NCBI GenBank assembly: GCA_021734325.1
Contig: JAIPJF010000010.1
Span: 34,555-98,554, forward strand
Origin: Fidelibacterota bacterium
GTDB lineage: Bacteria; Fidelibacterota; UBA8477; JABMPR01
Direction: 5' to 3'
DNA length: 64,000 bases
Position 1 is the first letter of the stretch; each line of letters begins with the position of its first letter. The notes under the pieces are model-generated. The model had not been told where the DNA came from, searched no databases, and was given only the letters and a program-made list of their open reading frames with translations. Positions 29,431 through 39,671 of this stretch are shown here, one piece after another. Made by a program: the position numbers and the translations under genes.

Positions 29431-29856
29431 TTATGCCTCCCTTAAAAAGCTTACCAAAGCTTCCATATCTTCTTCATCCATGAGATCATCCATGTCAGCA
29501 CTATATGAAGTAAACTGCTCATCGATCAAATACTCAATACCCTGGTTAAAAAGTTCCTGCTCAATGACGTCTTCTGCTTCGCTACTATTTGTATTCGTCC
29601 ATGAACTTTCCCAACCAGCAATCATGAGCTCACCTCCAGGAAGAGTCAAATCCTCACCGTTCCCGGGGATCATCACATATGTCAGCATGAGCAAAAGACC
29701 AAGAACGGGAGCCAGATATGCCACTTTTCTACGAACGGCCCGTTTTCTGATCTTGCGATGCGTCCCTGCCAGTACTGCTTCGATATCTATCGGCGCAGCT
29801 GCATGGATTTCTGAAAGATTCTTCTTTAAGTATTTTTCAATATTATCCATTTTCAC
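29431..29856 (-). CDS. putative membrane-anchored anti-sigma factor (non-zinc type)
   Basis: 141 aa. It overlaps the sigma gene by 14 nt, has a single TM helix (YLAPVLGLLLMLTYVMI) and an acidic C-terminal domain. The assignment rests on position only. Confidence 0.45.
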   Translation of the reverse strand: MKMDNIEKYLKKNLSEIHAAAPIDIEAVLAGTHRKIRKRAVRRKVAYLAPVLGLLLMLTYVMIPGNGEDLTLPGGELMIAGWESSWTNTNSSEAEDVIEQELFNQGIEYLIDEQFTSYSADMDDLMDEEDMEALVSFLREA

Positions 29857-30397
29857 CCACCTGGGCCTTCATAAATGCCTCGATTCTTTTTTTCCCCTCA
29901 TGAAAATGTACTTTTGCCGCATTCACCGAACACCCCACCGCTTCAGAAATTTGAGAAAAAGGTAGATCTTCATGAATTCGAGCCACAATCACAGCACGCT
30001 GTCTTGGAGTGAGGCTGACCAAACTTTTCTCAAATAGATCTGATTGGAAGTTCTGTTCAGTATCCTTCACAGGATCAGAGCCGGACATTAATTCCTTGAT
30101 ATCTTCGAGAACAGAAAATGTCCAGCGTTGCCTTTTTTTAAGGTGCGAATAGCTGAGATTAATCGCAATTCTGAATATCCAGGTCTTGACAGAGGAATTA
30201 CCCTTAAACTGGTGACTTTTTTCCCAGACCCTGACAAAGGTGTCCTGCAGAATATCCTGGGCGTCCTCCACATTTGAAACCATACGAAGAATGAAATTAT
30301 TCAATTCGGGTGAATATTCTCTGACCAGTTGATCAAAAGCCCGAGGATCGCGGTTCTGTACTTTTTCAAAGAGCGAAATGTTCGAATCACTTCTCAT
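29843..30397 (-). CDS. RNA polymerase sigma-70 factor, ECF subfamily
   Basis: Region 2 (DAQDILQDTFVRVWEK...TWIFRIAINL) and region 4 (LTPRQRAVIVARIHEDLPFSQISEAVGCSVNAAKVH) are both present. Confidence 0.85.
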   Translation of the reverse strand: MRSDSNISLFEKVQNRDPRAFDQLVREYSPELNNFILRMVSNVEDAQDILQDTFVRVWEKSHQFKGNSSVKTWIFRIAINLSYSHLKKRQRWTFSVLEDIKELMSGSDPVKDTEQNFQSDLFEKSLVSLTPRQRAVIVARIHEDLPFSQISEAVGCSVNAAKVHFHEGKKRIEAFMKAQVGENG

Positions 30398-30465
30398 TAT
30401 CGGGTACTTAGACCCCTAATGATGAAGAAAGGTTAAGCAGTAACTGGAATCAGATTCAATGTCCA

Positions 30466-32061
30466 TTAATTATCAAATATCCAGATGACAGAAAAATATC
30501 GGAATCTCTTCTCAGCCTGCTGATTTTCGAAGATCAGATAATCTGAAGACCACGGTACATCAAGGTACTGTGACCAAAGTGGATCCTGGAGCAGGTTACT
30601 ATCAGTATAAGCCAGAATCAATGCGCTGACTTGCCCGGAAACAGTTAAATTTAATAAATGGGTAATGTCAACGCTCCCTGTGCTGGCCGATTTTATAATC
30701 GTCATATTTTCCGGGTCAAGGATACCCGGATTCACATCAATCAGATGATTCCCCCACAACTTAACACGTCCGAAAAGCGCTTTATCGAATAATAATATTT
30801 CCTGAGTAAGCTGCCAATTGATCTGTCTTTCAAACCAGACCCAGTCACCGGGATCATTTGTTTTCGAGGCCCCAACTTTAATGTCCATCATCCAGGGTAA
30901 TTCCATCTGCGCCTGGGCATGATATCCGCTACGCAAGTCATTGGCCTGATCTGACTGCCACGCTCCCAGAGTAAAGGAAAGTGCTTCAAAGGTCAAGTGT
31001 CCCTGGAGATGATGAATCGTAGAAGTGGAAAATACTGGATTCCAGACGCGATCGAAAACCAGATTTTTTGTTTCGTAATTGATCATTAGTGGACCTGATG
31101 AAAATTGGGCATCGACCAGGGGTAGCCAGTTGGAAAATCCTAAATTTCGAATCCCAAGATCCAGCTTGAAATGCTCCCATTCAATTCTGGGCATGGATAG
31201 TTCCAAATAGTGAAGCTCACTCTTATTGCCCCCCAGCTGTTTTGACATCCCGCCGATTTTGACATTCAGGCCAGACCATCCAAGCAGATCAAATCGCCGG
31301 GACCAATATCCAAGAATATTCAATGACTGTCGCTTGCCAACCTCCCAATTCCAGATTCCTGTCTGAACTGATGCGAATAATTCATTCCCTTTGGATGAAT
31401 CCTTACTTGTCCAGTGGATATTGCCATTCCACCGATCTGAATTGAGCTGGAGATCATCATTATAGGTATAAGTTTGATTTACCGTATCCACTTCAAACAG
31501 ATACAGGGGATTTATTTGGTGATTATACCCCAATTCAAGTCGCAGAAAGGATGTCTCAAGCTCACTTTCGATCTGGATCCTGTGACGCTGTTCATCGTAG
31601 GGAGTAACATACAGATATCTCTGATGAGATCTTAATTTTGTGGTCCAGCCATATCGGGTCCATTTTCCCAGACTATTATGATACCACACGGTAAAGTCAG
31701 TAAAATCTGCTTCTCCCTGTTTATAATTGACCATGACAGAAGGTGCTGTGGTGTCTGCAGGAGCTGTTAGTGCGGGGTGGAACTGATTCCATAGGGTTCC
31801 ATCCGTCTCTCCTGAAAGCCACCCTTGTTTATCTGTATTTAATATTTCACCACTGATGGGATTAAGGCAAGCAAGGTCTTGCCAATTTTCCAGAATAATG
31901 CCTCTGAGCCCAAATGGTCGATAGATCTGTAAATTTCCCCAGGTCCCCGGTACCGCACCAAAATCTGGTACATCGTTCTGATAGCGTGCTGGTGGATCCA
32001 ACTGACCAAAGGTAAATGAGACAAGGCAAATGGATATCAGTCCAAATTTAAAATTTTTCAA
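30466..32061 (-). CDS. hypothetical secreted beta-rich protein (possible outer-membrane protein)
   Basis: 531 aa with a signal peptide (MKNFKFGLISICLVSFTFGQ). It is rich in aromatics (W/Y), and no family is recognised. Confidence 0.5.
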   Translation of the reverse strand: MKNFKFGLISICLVSFTFGQLDPPARYQNDVPDFGAVPGTWGNLQIYRPFGLRGIILENWQDLACLNPISGEILNTDKQGWLSGETDGTLWNQFHPALTAPADTTAPSVMVNYKQGEADFTDFTVWYHNSLGKWTRYGWTTKLRSHQRYLYVTPYDEQRHRIQIESELETSFLRLELGYNHQINPLYLFEVDTVNQTYTYNDDLQLNSDRWNGNIHWTSKDSSKGNELFASVQTGIWNWEVGKRQSLNILGYWSRRFDLLGWSGLNVKIGGMSKQLGGNKSELHYLELSMPRIEWEHFKLDLGIRNLGFSNWLPLVDAQFSSGPLMINYETKNLVFDRVWNPVFSTSTIHHLQGHLTFEALSFTLGAWQSDQANDLRSGYHAQAQMELPWMMDIKVGASKTNDPGDWVWFERQINWQLTQEILLFDKALFGRVKLWGNHLIDVNPGILDPENMTIIKSASTGSVDITHLLNLTVSGQVSALILAYTDSNLLQDPLWSQYLDVPWSSDYLIFENQQAEKRFRYFSVIWIFDN

Positions 32062-32062
32062 C

Positions 32063-32668
32063 TCAAATCCGTTTCAGACCGTGCATGAGGAGCTGCCGAT
32101 CGATCAAATCAATGAATGCTGCGCCAAATAGGGTGAACAAAATCGTATTTGAAACCATATGCATGACAAAAAAGAGCATACCCGTACCGATCGTAGCCAG
32201 AAGTGTCCCTTCAGTCATACCGGCACTCAGGGGAAAACTGAGAGCTGTGAGCAGATCAAAAATAAAGGTCAGGATAAGCCCTAAAAACCCCATAATTATG
32301 GATTTTGTCAGGACGGACTCCTTTGATATCAGCCATTTAGCAAGCAAACCTCCTGATAGTCCACTGAGACCAATGCCTGCTATTTGGAATAAATATAATA
32401 TTGGGAACCCTAAACCTGAGCCAATGGGATTTATTGCTGAAAATAGTGCCTCTCCCAACATCGCAACAAGAAAACCTTTCCCAGGCCCCAAGGCAATTCC
32501 GCCTAAAAAAGCTGTGAGGGTAACTAACTCCATATTCGGAATAAAAGCGAATACAACGCCCACAGTAGAAATGAGACCAATCCAGAGTGACATGAGCGCC
32601 AATCGTCGATAATCCAACACTGACATCATCATGGGAGGGTCATTCAATTCCTCGCTCCTCAAGTCCAC
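32063..32668 (-). CDS. small polytopic membrane protein (possibly an ECF-transporter S-component-like substrate carrier)
   Basis: 201 aa with 5-6 TM segments that are G/L/I-rich. It overlaps the yhaM-like gene. Confidence 0.45.
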   Translation of the reverse strand: MDLRSEELNDPPMMMSVLDYRRLALMSLWIGLISTVGVVFAFIPNMELVTLTAFLGGIALGPGKGFLVAMLGEALFSAINPIGSGLGFPILYLFQIAGIGLSGLSGGLLAKWLISKESVLTKSIIMGFLGLILTFIFDLLTALSFPLSAGMTEGTLLATIGTGMLFFVMHMVSNTILFTLFGAAFIDLIDRQLLMHGLKRI

Positions 32669-33617
32669 CTTTCAGCAGTGGGATTCGAAAATAATTGAAA
32701 CGATTGGTCCAGTTGCCAGACTCATTGTCCTTTGAGATGGCTTCTCTCATCATATTCATTCGAGCATCTGTTTCGTCGATCAGATGAAGCAGAAGCGCCT
32801 CAGGAAATTTTGGTTGTTTGGGTGATTGCCACTCATACTTCCCCTGATGAGAGAGAATCATATGTTCGATTTTGAGTTGCAGGTCATGTGGAAAATCCAT
32901 CATGCCCTTAATGGCATCTCTCACCACATCCCGACCCAGGATAATGTGTCCAATCAATATTCCAGAATCTGTGTATCCTGGCTTTTGGGCAGGATTCAAT
33001 TCAAATATTTTGCCGATATCATGGAGAAGAATTCCTGTCAACAAGAGATCCTGGTCCAGGGCATAATGTTTTGCCAGGAACACGCCCACTTTGGCCATGG
33101 ACAGGATATGTTCAAGGAATCCACCAAGCCAGGCGTGGTGAAGTTTCATGGAAGCTGGATGAGACTTCAGAATCTCTGCATTTTCCTTGTAGAGTTTGCT
33201 GATCAAAGTCTGAAGGTGGGGATTTTTCATGTTTTTGATGATCCCCGCCAGCTCTTTCCACATTTGCTCTACATTATGCTTAGTGGTCGGAATGAGGCTT
33301 GCCAGATCAAAACCATAGTCGGCATGTTTTTCGGAAGAGGCCTTTGCAATATCTACCACTTCCAACTGAAGACGATCTGCATATTCACTTACCCGTCCCT
33401 TGACAACAACAGCATCTCCCTCTTCAAACGATTTTTCGAAGGCCGGAACATCTTCCCACACCTTTGCTTCAATGGTACCGCTATTGTCCTGAAGTTCTAA
33501 TTGCAGATAGGGATGATTATTCCGGGTACTCCTCAGATGTTTGGCCCTTACAAGGAAAAACCCCTGAATACTCGTATTCTTTTTAAATTTCTTTATCTGC
33601 GTGATCTTGGCTTTCAT
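32640..33617 (-). CDS. yhaM: 3'-5' exoribonuclease YhaM-like (OB-fold + HD domain)
   Basis: An N-terminal OB fold is followed by an HD phosphohydrolase motif (GILLHDIGK ... LIDETD). Confidence 0.8.
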   Translation of the reverse strand: MKAKITQIKKFKKNTSIQGFFLVRAKHLRSTRNNHPYLQLELQDNSGTIEAKVWEDVPAFEKSFEEGDAVVVKGRVSEYADRLQLEVVDIAKASSEKHADYGFDLASLIPTTKHNVEQMWKELAGIIKNMKNPHLQTLISKLYKENAEILKSHPASMKLHHAWLGGFLEHILSMAKVGVFLAKHYALDQDLLLTGILLHDIGKIFELNPAQKPGYTDSGILIGHIILGRDVVRDAIKGMMDFPHDLQLKIEHMILSHQGKYEWQSPKQPKFPEALLLHLIDETDARMNMMREAISKDNESGNWTNRFNYFRIPLLKGGLEERGIE

Positions 33618-33783
33618 GCGTAGGTACCCTTCATGCTATTCTCGCGTAAACAGTTTAATCCGTAATTAGCTCGCAGACAAATTCATAACGAGGCAAGATA
33701 GTTTGTAGATGTGTGTTCCCAGATGTAGTTTGACTGGAATAAATAAATTGTAATCATATCAGGAGCAAATCGCAAGTTTAAAT

Positions 33784-34236
33784 ATGTCTGCCATTCAAGA
33801 AGATTACATCCTGCGTATGATCCAGATGATGGGAGAACTCTTGATCGCCGCAATGCATCTGAAGGAATCAGGGAAAGTGAGTGAGGCAGATCAGGCTTTG
33901 GATAAAATTTTGGGAACAATTCTACCATCTCAAGCAGATCTGATCGAGATGGTGGATGTTGAAACGGCATACAGACTGCTTGGAGAGTCCCGTCTTGTGG
34001 AAAGCTATATTGATCTGCTATTGGAAAAGGCCGAACTAAAATATGTCTTAGGGGAATCATATGTCGGGCAGGTGCTGGTCCGACAGACCGTAGAATTCTT
34101 CATTATATATGTGACCAAAAACCGCAAATTGAGTCCAAAGGGAAATCTTTTGTGTGGCAGACTTTCAGGTCTGGATCTTCAGAAGACCCTATCCTCAAAG
34201 GATTTCATACAATTTGAAGATCTAAAAAAAAGATAG
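33784..34236 (+). CDS. hypothetical protein (150 aa)
   Basis: ORF with a reasonable start and no recognised motifs. It is divergent from yhaM. Confidence 0.4.
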   Translation: MSAIQEDYILRMIQMMGELLIAAMHLKESGKVSEADQALDKILGTILPSQADLIEMVDVETAYRLLGESRLVESYIDLLLEKAELKYVLGESYVGQVLVRQTVEFFIIYVTKNRKLSPKGNLLCGRLSGLDLQKTLSSKDFIQFEDLKKR

Positions 34237-34245
34237 AATCAGGGA

Positions 34246-34833
34246 TTATTCCAATTGGCTGACATATTTTTCGTAGTCTTCCTCACGATTTAAATTTCGT
34301 AGAGGCGTCTCTTCCTGCATCGGGAAATGATAAACCGGACATTTTTGCAATGCGCGATATATGGCAAGTTCCCGGTTCTTTAGTGCTTCCCTGAAAATGG
34401 GCACACAGGCACGATTATAAAATGCAAAAAGCGGTTCTTGCCTCCCATCGACACAGACCGGGATGACGGCTGAAACATTGTTGATATGCTCTCTCAATTT
34501 GTACACGAGATCCATATCGATCTGAGGGATATCGACAGCAATCACAAAATTATAATCTGTTCTTGAGGCAGCCAGGGCTGAGGTTAATCCCTCCAGGGGA
34601 CCATCTCCAATATTTTGATCTTTGATGACGGGCAGATTAAGGTAAGCAATTTTTTCAGGATCATTGGCCGAGATAAGAATTCTGTCAAAATGTTTGCGGA
34701 GTATGCTGACCTGACGATCGAGAAGATTCTCATTTTTTATCTTCAGGAATCTTTTGTCCTTTCCCATCCTTTTTGCACTCCCCCCAGCAAGAATAATTGC
34801 GGTGCAAGATTTGAGTGATGCCATATGATCCAT
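34246..34833 (-). CDS. mobA: molybdenum cofactor guanylyltransferase
   Basis: The N-terminus AIILAGGSAKRMGKDKRFL matches the nucleotidyltransferase GxxGG..RMG.DK signature of MobA. Confidence 0.75.
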   Translation of the reverse strand: MDHMASLKSCTAIILAGGSAKRMGKDKRFLKIKNENLLDRQVSILRKHFDRILISANDPEKIAYLNLPVIKDQNIGDGPLEGLTSALAASRTDYNFVIAVDIPQIDMDLVYKLREHINNVSAVIPVCVDGRQEPLFAFYNRACVPIFREALKNRELAIYRALQKCPVYHFPMQEETPLRNLNREEDYEKYVSQLE

Positions 34834-34845
34834 ACTATATTCTCC

Positions 34846-36915
34846 TCATCTCCCTTCCAGGGTAAACCTCAGATTCTCAATATCCGTAATGGGCTTCTGA
34901 CAAACATAGTCCTGGCAAATATAGACGGTCAATCCTCCATCAATAGATTTTTGATAACTTAAAAATCCAGCAATCTTTTCAATTGTATCAAAATCCTTAT
35001 TTGGCCTGTAGAGAGTCAGTGCAAAGGGATTATAATAATTTTTGAGCATGTCAGTGACTGCTTCCAGATCAGACCGTTCTCCGGCGATTACCCATTCCTC
35101 CGAGCCCGACACTTGAATCTGTGTACTCTGGAGAAGGGCCGCGAAACCTCTCGGGGATCGATTGATCTGCTCAGAAAATACCGCACCAATTTCCCTGGAT
35201 AAAGATTCCCATGCAGGGTTTTCAGTTATTCTACCTAAGAAGTGCAAATTGGCTGCTGTAACCGAGTTTCCTGATGGGATTGCGCCATCATATATTTCTT
35301 TTTGACGGATGAGTAAATCCTTATTCCTGCCATCCGTGAAAAACATTGCTCCTGCTTCCTGATCCCAGAAATTTTCCAGTTGAATGTTTTGTAGGCGGAT
35401 CGCCTCTTCCAGAAATTTGGTATCGTAACTGAGTTCATAGTATTGTCGGAACCCTTGAATCACAAAGCTGTAATCATCCAAAAACCCATATATACTGACA
35501 GAATCCCTCTTCGGCATGTGGAGCAGTCTCCCGTCCTGCCCGATTAGACTTGTCTTGATATATTCTGCCAAATCTTTCGCAGCAAGCTCAAATCGTTCGT
35601 CACCTGTTACTCGGGCTGCCTGGGATAAGGATGCCAGTAGTAGACCATTCCAGTCGCACAATATTTTATCATCAAGACCGGGGTGAGCTCTTAACTCACG
35701 GATCGTGTATAATTTTTGCCTTAATTTTTCCCAGTCTCCAGTTCGGTACAGAACTTGAAAAGATTCCTCTGAACTCAGGTGAAAGATGTTCTTTCCAGAG
35801 GGCTGACCACTTGCCTCATCTTTAAAATTTCCTTTTGAATTCAAACCAAAGGCTATAGAAAGCAAGTCAAGTTGATCTGTCCCGACCACATCCTCAAGTT
35901 CTTTCCAGGACCAGATATAAAAAAGGCCTTCCCCTCCATCACTATCAGCATCCTCTGCAGAATAATATGCACCTGAAGGTGATTTTAAGTTATCTGTCAG
36001 ATAGCTGAATATTTCATCCATGGTACGACGAAACAGTGGATCTCCAGTCGCTTCCCAGGCTTCAGTGTAAGCTGTGAGGAGCGTTGCCTGATCATAAAGC
36101 ATCTTCTCAAAATGGGGAACATGCCAACTCGCATCGGTGCTATAGCGATGGAATCCATATCCTATATGATCAAAGAGACCCCCGAGACGCATCTTCTTTA
36201 AGGTGTTAACAGCCATATCTGTATAGCTCGAATTTCCCGTTCTATAGCCTTCCCTTAAGAGGAAAACCAAATTGTGGGGTGATGGAAATTTGGGAGCTGA
36301 GCCAAAACCACCTGCTTCCGGATCATATGCCTGTCGAAAAGCACCTGCCGCCTTCTCAAGGATCTCTTCTCCAAGATAATCCCCTTTGATTGTCTCATTC
36401 TGTTGCTGAATTGAGGCCAGTATCTGATCCATATCATTGGATATTTCTTCACGCTGGTTTTTCCATGCATCACTAATTCTCGGCAGCAGGTCAAGCATCC
36501 CCATCCTTCCAGACGAAGACACTTTTGGGAAATAGGTACCTGCGAAGAAGGGGTGTTTGTTGTGATCCATTACGATGGTCAGGGGCCAACCACCCCGACC
36601 AATAAGTGACGTAGCTACAGTCATATATAGCTGATCAATGTCAGGTCGTTCTTCCCGATCAACTTTAATGGAGATAAAATGTTCATTCAGCAGGTTTGCA
36701 ACGCTTTCATCTTCAAATGATTCATGGGCCATTACATGACACCAGTGGCAAGTTGAGTATCCAATAGACAAAAAGATGGGCTTGTTCTCGTGCCTGGCTA
36801 AATCAAAGGCTTCCGATCCCCAGGGATACCAGTTCACAGGATTGTGGGCATGCTGAAGAAGATAGGGGCTGCTCGATAAGGCAAGCCGATTGGTATATTT
36901 ATATATTTGGGTCAT
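34846..36915 (-). CDS. yyaL: thioredoxin-domain protein YyaL (DUF255 N-terminal TRX domain + six-hairpin glycosidase-like domain)
   Basis: ...[22 protein letters not shown]...[25 protein letters not shown]...[12 protein letters not shown] is the textbook DUF255 N-terminus. The protein is 689 aa. Confidence 0.85.
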   Translation of the reverse strand: MTQIYKYTNRLALSSSPYLLQHAHNPVNWYPWGSEAFDLARHENKPIFLSIGYSTCHWCHVMAHESFEDESVANLLNEHFISIKVDREERPDIDQLYMTVATSLIGRGGWPLTIVMDHNKHPFFAGTYFPKVSSSGRMGMLDLLPRISDAWKNQREEISNDMDQILASIQQQNETIKGDYLGEEILEKAAGAFRQAYDPEAGGFGSAPKFPSPHNLVFLLREGYRTGNSSYTDMAVNTLKKMRLGGLFDHIGYGFHRYSTDASWHVPHFEKMLYDQATLLTAYTEAWEATGDPLFRRTMDEIFSYLTDNLKSPSGAYYSAEDADSDGGEGLFYIWSWKELEDVVGTDQLDLLSIAFGLNSKGNFKDEASGQPSGKNIFHLSSEESFQVLYRTGDWEKLRQKLYTIRELRAHPGLDDKILCDWNGLLLASLSQAARVTGDERFELAAKDLAEYIKTSLIGQDGRLLHMPKRDSVSIYGFLDDYSFVIQGFRQYYELSYDTKFLEEAIRLQNIQLENFWDQEAGAMFFTDGRNKDLLIRQKEIYDGAIPSGNSVTAANLHFLGRITENPAWESLSREIGAVFSEQINRSPRGFAALLQSTQIQVSGSEEWVIAGERSDLEAVTDMLKNYYNPFALTLYRPNKDFDTIEKIAGFLSYQKSIDGGLTVYICQDYVCQKPITDIENLRFTLEGR

Positions 36916-37240
36916 GGAGTCCCCTTTTGCATGAAAGTAATACAGTTGCGAGAATGAAAAAGCTGATTAGGTGCAATAATTTCAATTTCTGGATCAATGC
37001 TTGTTTCACATTCACAATATATTTAGGAGAATGATATTAACGATATTTTTTGTCATGTTTCTCTTCTTGGATACCAGGGTCATTCTCCTTGAAGATGTCC
37101 ATATATTGATACAAAAAGGGATTTTCAGCTTCATCTTTGCCACTCTTGCAAGCACCTGTGTGTCAGACTATATTGGGCGGCTTTTTTTAACACATTAATG
37201 AGTTGATATACGCTGATAGCGGTACTAGAGGAGTAATAAA

Positions 37241-39058
37241 ATGGGTGTGATGAACAAAATGCGAGACAACATGGCAGGTATCATGATCTTCCTGGTCGTT
37301 GTTTTCGTGCTCACAATGAGTGTCGGTGGATTGGTTGGCGGCGCCGATGTCATGGATCTGCTCAGTGGCAATCAACCCAATGCTTTCACTGTGGTAAACG
37401 GTGAAGAATTAAGTCGGGAGAGCTTCATGCGTTCACTGCAGAATGAACGCGAAAACTTCAGACAGCGGAATGGTGCAGAACCAACTGAAGATCAAATGGC
37501 TCAGATCAGCGATCAAGTGTGGGAAACAATGGTGACCCAGATACTCATAAGCCAGGCTGTGAAGGATCAGGATATCAGTGTCTCCCCTGAAGAAATACGT
37601 TATTTTTTCACTGAGAACGTCCATCCCAGCGTCCGTCAGTATTTCACAGGTGAAGATGGCGTCTTTGATTTTAATGCCTACCAGGATGCTATCAGTTCCC
37701 CTCAGGCTGCAAATTTCTTTGCCGCCATGCATCAACAAGTCGCTGCTGTTGTACCAATTGAAAAATTGCAACAAAAAATTATTGCCACAGCCCAGGTATC
37801 TGAGGCAGAAGTTCGTTCTGAATATATTGGTAAAAACATAAGCTATGATTTGGACTATCTCTTAATAAAATCTGCCTTATGGAAAAATGAAGAAGTTGAG
37901 ATTTCAGATCAAATGATCAAATCTTACTATGATCAGCACATCGAAGATTATCAAAAAGACGAAACCAGGACACTTCAATACGTTTCCAGACAGGTTAAAG
38001 CCACTGCCAGTGATACGGCAAGAGCCATTAATTTGATCAATGATATTAAAACTGAGATCGCAGCAGGGGCAACCTTTGAATCCATGGCTGAGATCCATTC
38101 TGAAGGACCTTCTGCTTCAAACGCTGGATATCTGGGTTGGTTTGGGAAGGGCAAGATGGCACCTCCTTTTGAGGTTGCAGCATTTGCGGCTCCAGTTGGA
38201 AGAGTCGTGGGTCCGATTCTCACTCAGTTTGGTTATCATTTGATCAAAGTAGAAGCAAAGAGAACGACAGGTAACGCTCCCGAAGTTGAGGCTCGTCATA
38301 TTTTAATTGAAATCCGTCCAAGTGAAACGACACGGGATCAAATACGTCGGGAATTGAAAAACCTTGAATTCCTTGCTGATGAGATCGGTTTTAAGAAGGC
38401 GACTGATTCCCTTGGTATGGAACCTGGCAGTTCCAATAAACTGAGGCAGAAAGACACCTTTGTGTCAGGTCTTGGATCGTTCCAATCTGCGGTGAGATTT
38501 GCCTATTTATCTGAATTGGGTGCCCATAGTCCGGTGATGCAAAATGATGAGAACTTCGCCCTATTTTCCCTTAGCGAAATTGATCCAGCCGGATCCCTCC
38601 CCCTTGATCAGGCCAAAGCATCTATCAATCGGAAGCTGATGAATGATGGAAAATTGGCTTTGGCCAAGGAAGCCGCAGAAAAATTAAGCAACGAGGTTAA
38701 AATGAATAATGATTGGGCCGCCATCCGGCTTGAAGGCAGAGAAGGACTTGATTTTGAACAGATTTCCTCAGCTCATGCAAATGAGGCTATCAGGGGACTT
38801 GGTCAATATCCTGAGATTTTTGGATATCTTGAAAATGCAGAGATCGGGAGCGTTTCCCCTGTGATCTCAACATCAAGAGGGTCTGTATTTGTCAGATTGA
38901 ATGCCAAAAGCGATTTTGATGAAGCTGATTTCAATAATCAGTATGAGACCTTATACAAGACACTGACACAGAATCGTCAAAACGACGTCTGGGTGCAATA
39001 TGTTAAATCTTTGCGTGAAAAAGCCGATATAGTTGACAATCGTCTTCGTCAACTCTAA
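37241..39058 (+). CDS. ppiD: periplasmic chaperone / peptidyl-prolyl isomerase PpiD-like (SurA-N + parvulin domain)
   Basis: N-terminal membrane anchor (MRDNMAGIMIFLVVVFVLTMSV) and a parvulin motif (…GPILTQFGYHLIKVE…). The protein is 605 aa. Confidence 0.75.
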   Translation: MGVMNKMRDNMAGIMIFLVVVFVLTMSVGGLVGGADVMDLLSGNQPNAFTVVNGEELSRESFMRSLQNERENFRQRNGAEPTEDQMAQISDQVWETMVTQILISQAVKDQDISVSPEEIRYFFTENVHPSVRQYFTGEDGVFDFNAYQDAISSPQAANFFAAMHQQVAAVVPIEKLQQKIIATAQVSEAEVRSEYIGKNISYDLDYLLIKSALWKNEEVEISDQMIKSYYDQHIEDYQKDETRTLQYVSRQVKATASDTARAINLINDIKTEIAAGATFESMAEIHSEGPSASNAGYLGWFGKGKMAPPFEVAAFAAPVGRVVGPILTQFGYHLIKVEAKRTTGNAPEVEARHILIEIRPSETTRDQIRRELKNLEFLADEIGFKKATDSLGMEPGSSNKLRQKDTFVSGLGSFQSAVRFAYLSELGAHSPVMQNDENFALFSLSEIDPAGSLPLDQAKASINRKLMNDGKLALAKEAAEKLSNEVKMNNDWAAIRLEGREGLDFEQISSAHANEAIRGLGQYPEIFGYLENAEIGSVSPVISTSRGSVFVRLNAKSDFDEADFNNQYETLYKTLTQNRQNDVWVQYVKSLREKADIVDNRLRQL

Positions 39059-39070
39059 GTCAATTTGAAC

Positions 39071-39109
39071 CAAACGAAAATGGAGATATATGATCTCCAT
39101 TTTCGTTTG
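39071..39109. terminator. perfect 17-bp hairpin (CAAACGAAAATGGAGAT-ATATG-ATCTCCATTTTCGTTTG) 13 nt after the ppiD stop; likely intrinsic terminator
   Basis: Exact inverted repeat with a 5-nt loop. The distal stem is U-rich (TTTTCGTTTG). It sits immediately downstream of the ppiD TAA stop. Confidence 0.55.
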
Positions 39110-39203
39110 TATACACTGATATTATGACACATGCTAAACAAATAAGACTTTATATTTTCATGTCATTCATTATGTTGTAATACTTGACTTTTAGGAGGGA
39201 GCG

Positions 39204-39635
39204 TTGGCAAAAACTAAGATGGTCATCATTGCTGTTGTTGGAGTTATTCTCATCATGCAATTAATTCCAGTAAATCAAATTAATCCACCTGTCGTGCAAA
39301 GAGCAGATCTTCCTGCTGAGGTGAAAACGATACTCGTTGAATCCTGTTTTGATTGTCATTCAAATGAAACGAAATGGCCCTGGTACAGCAGAATTGCTCC
39401 TGGATCATTCCTGATCACCCACGACGTGATCGAAGGAAGAGAACACCTCAATTTTTCTGATTTTTCTAACTTGAACGCCTTTGATAGTACCGATATTGCA
39501 GAAGAGATTATAGAAGTGCTTGATGAAGGCGAAATGCCTATTCTTCCCTATTTGCTTTTGCATCCTGATGCCAGCTTAAGTGACAGTGAGACGCGGGTAT
39601 TGAAAGACTGGGCAAAATCACTCTTTCCTGAATAA
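39204..39635 (+). CDS. small secreted/membrane-anchored heme-binding-domain protein (CxxCH)
   Basis: N-terminal TM or signal sequence plus a single CFDCHS heme-attachment motif. Its size and motif context resemble the 'haem-binding domain' family. Confidence 0.55.
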   Translation: MAKTKMVIIAVVGVILIMQLIPVNQINPPVVQRADLPAEVKTILVESCFDCHSNETKWPWYSRIAPGSFLITHDVIEGREHLNFSDFSNLNAFDSTDIAEEIIEVLDEGEMPILPYLLLHPDASLSDSETRVLKDWAKSLFPE

Positions 39636-39671
39636 ATGACACCCACACGAAATTTCTAGAAGAGGAAACAC

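Noticed and set aside
37001-37198. 65-aa ORF in the ppiD upstream region
   Set aside because: A short hydrophobic ORF with no support. The region more plausibly holds the ppiD promoter.
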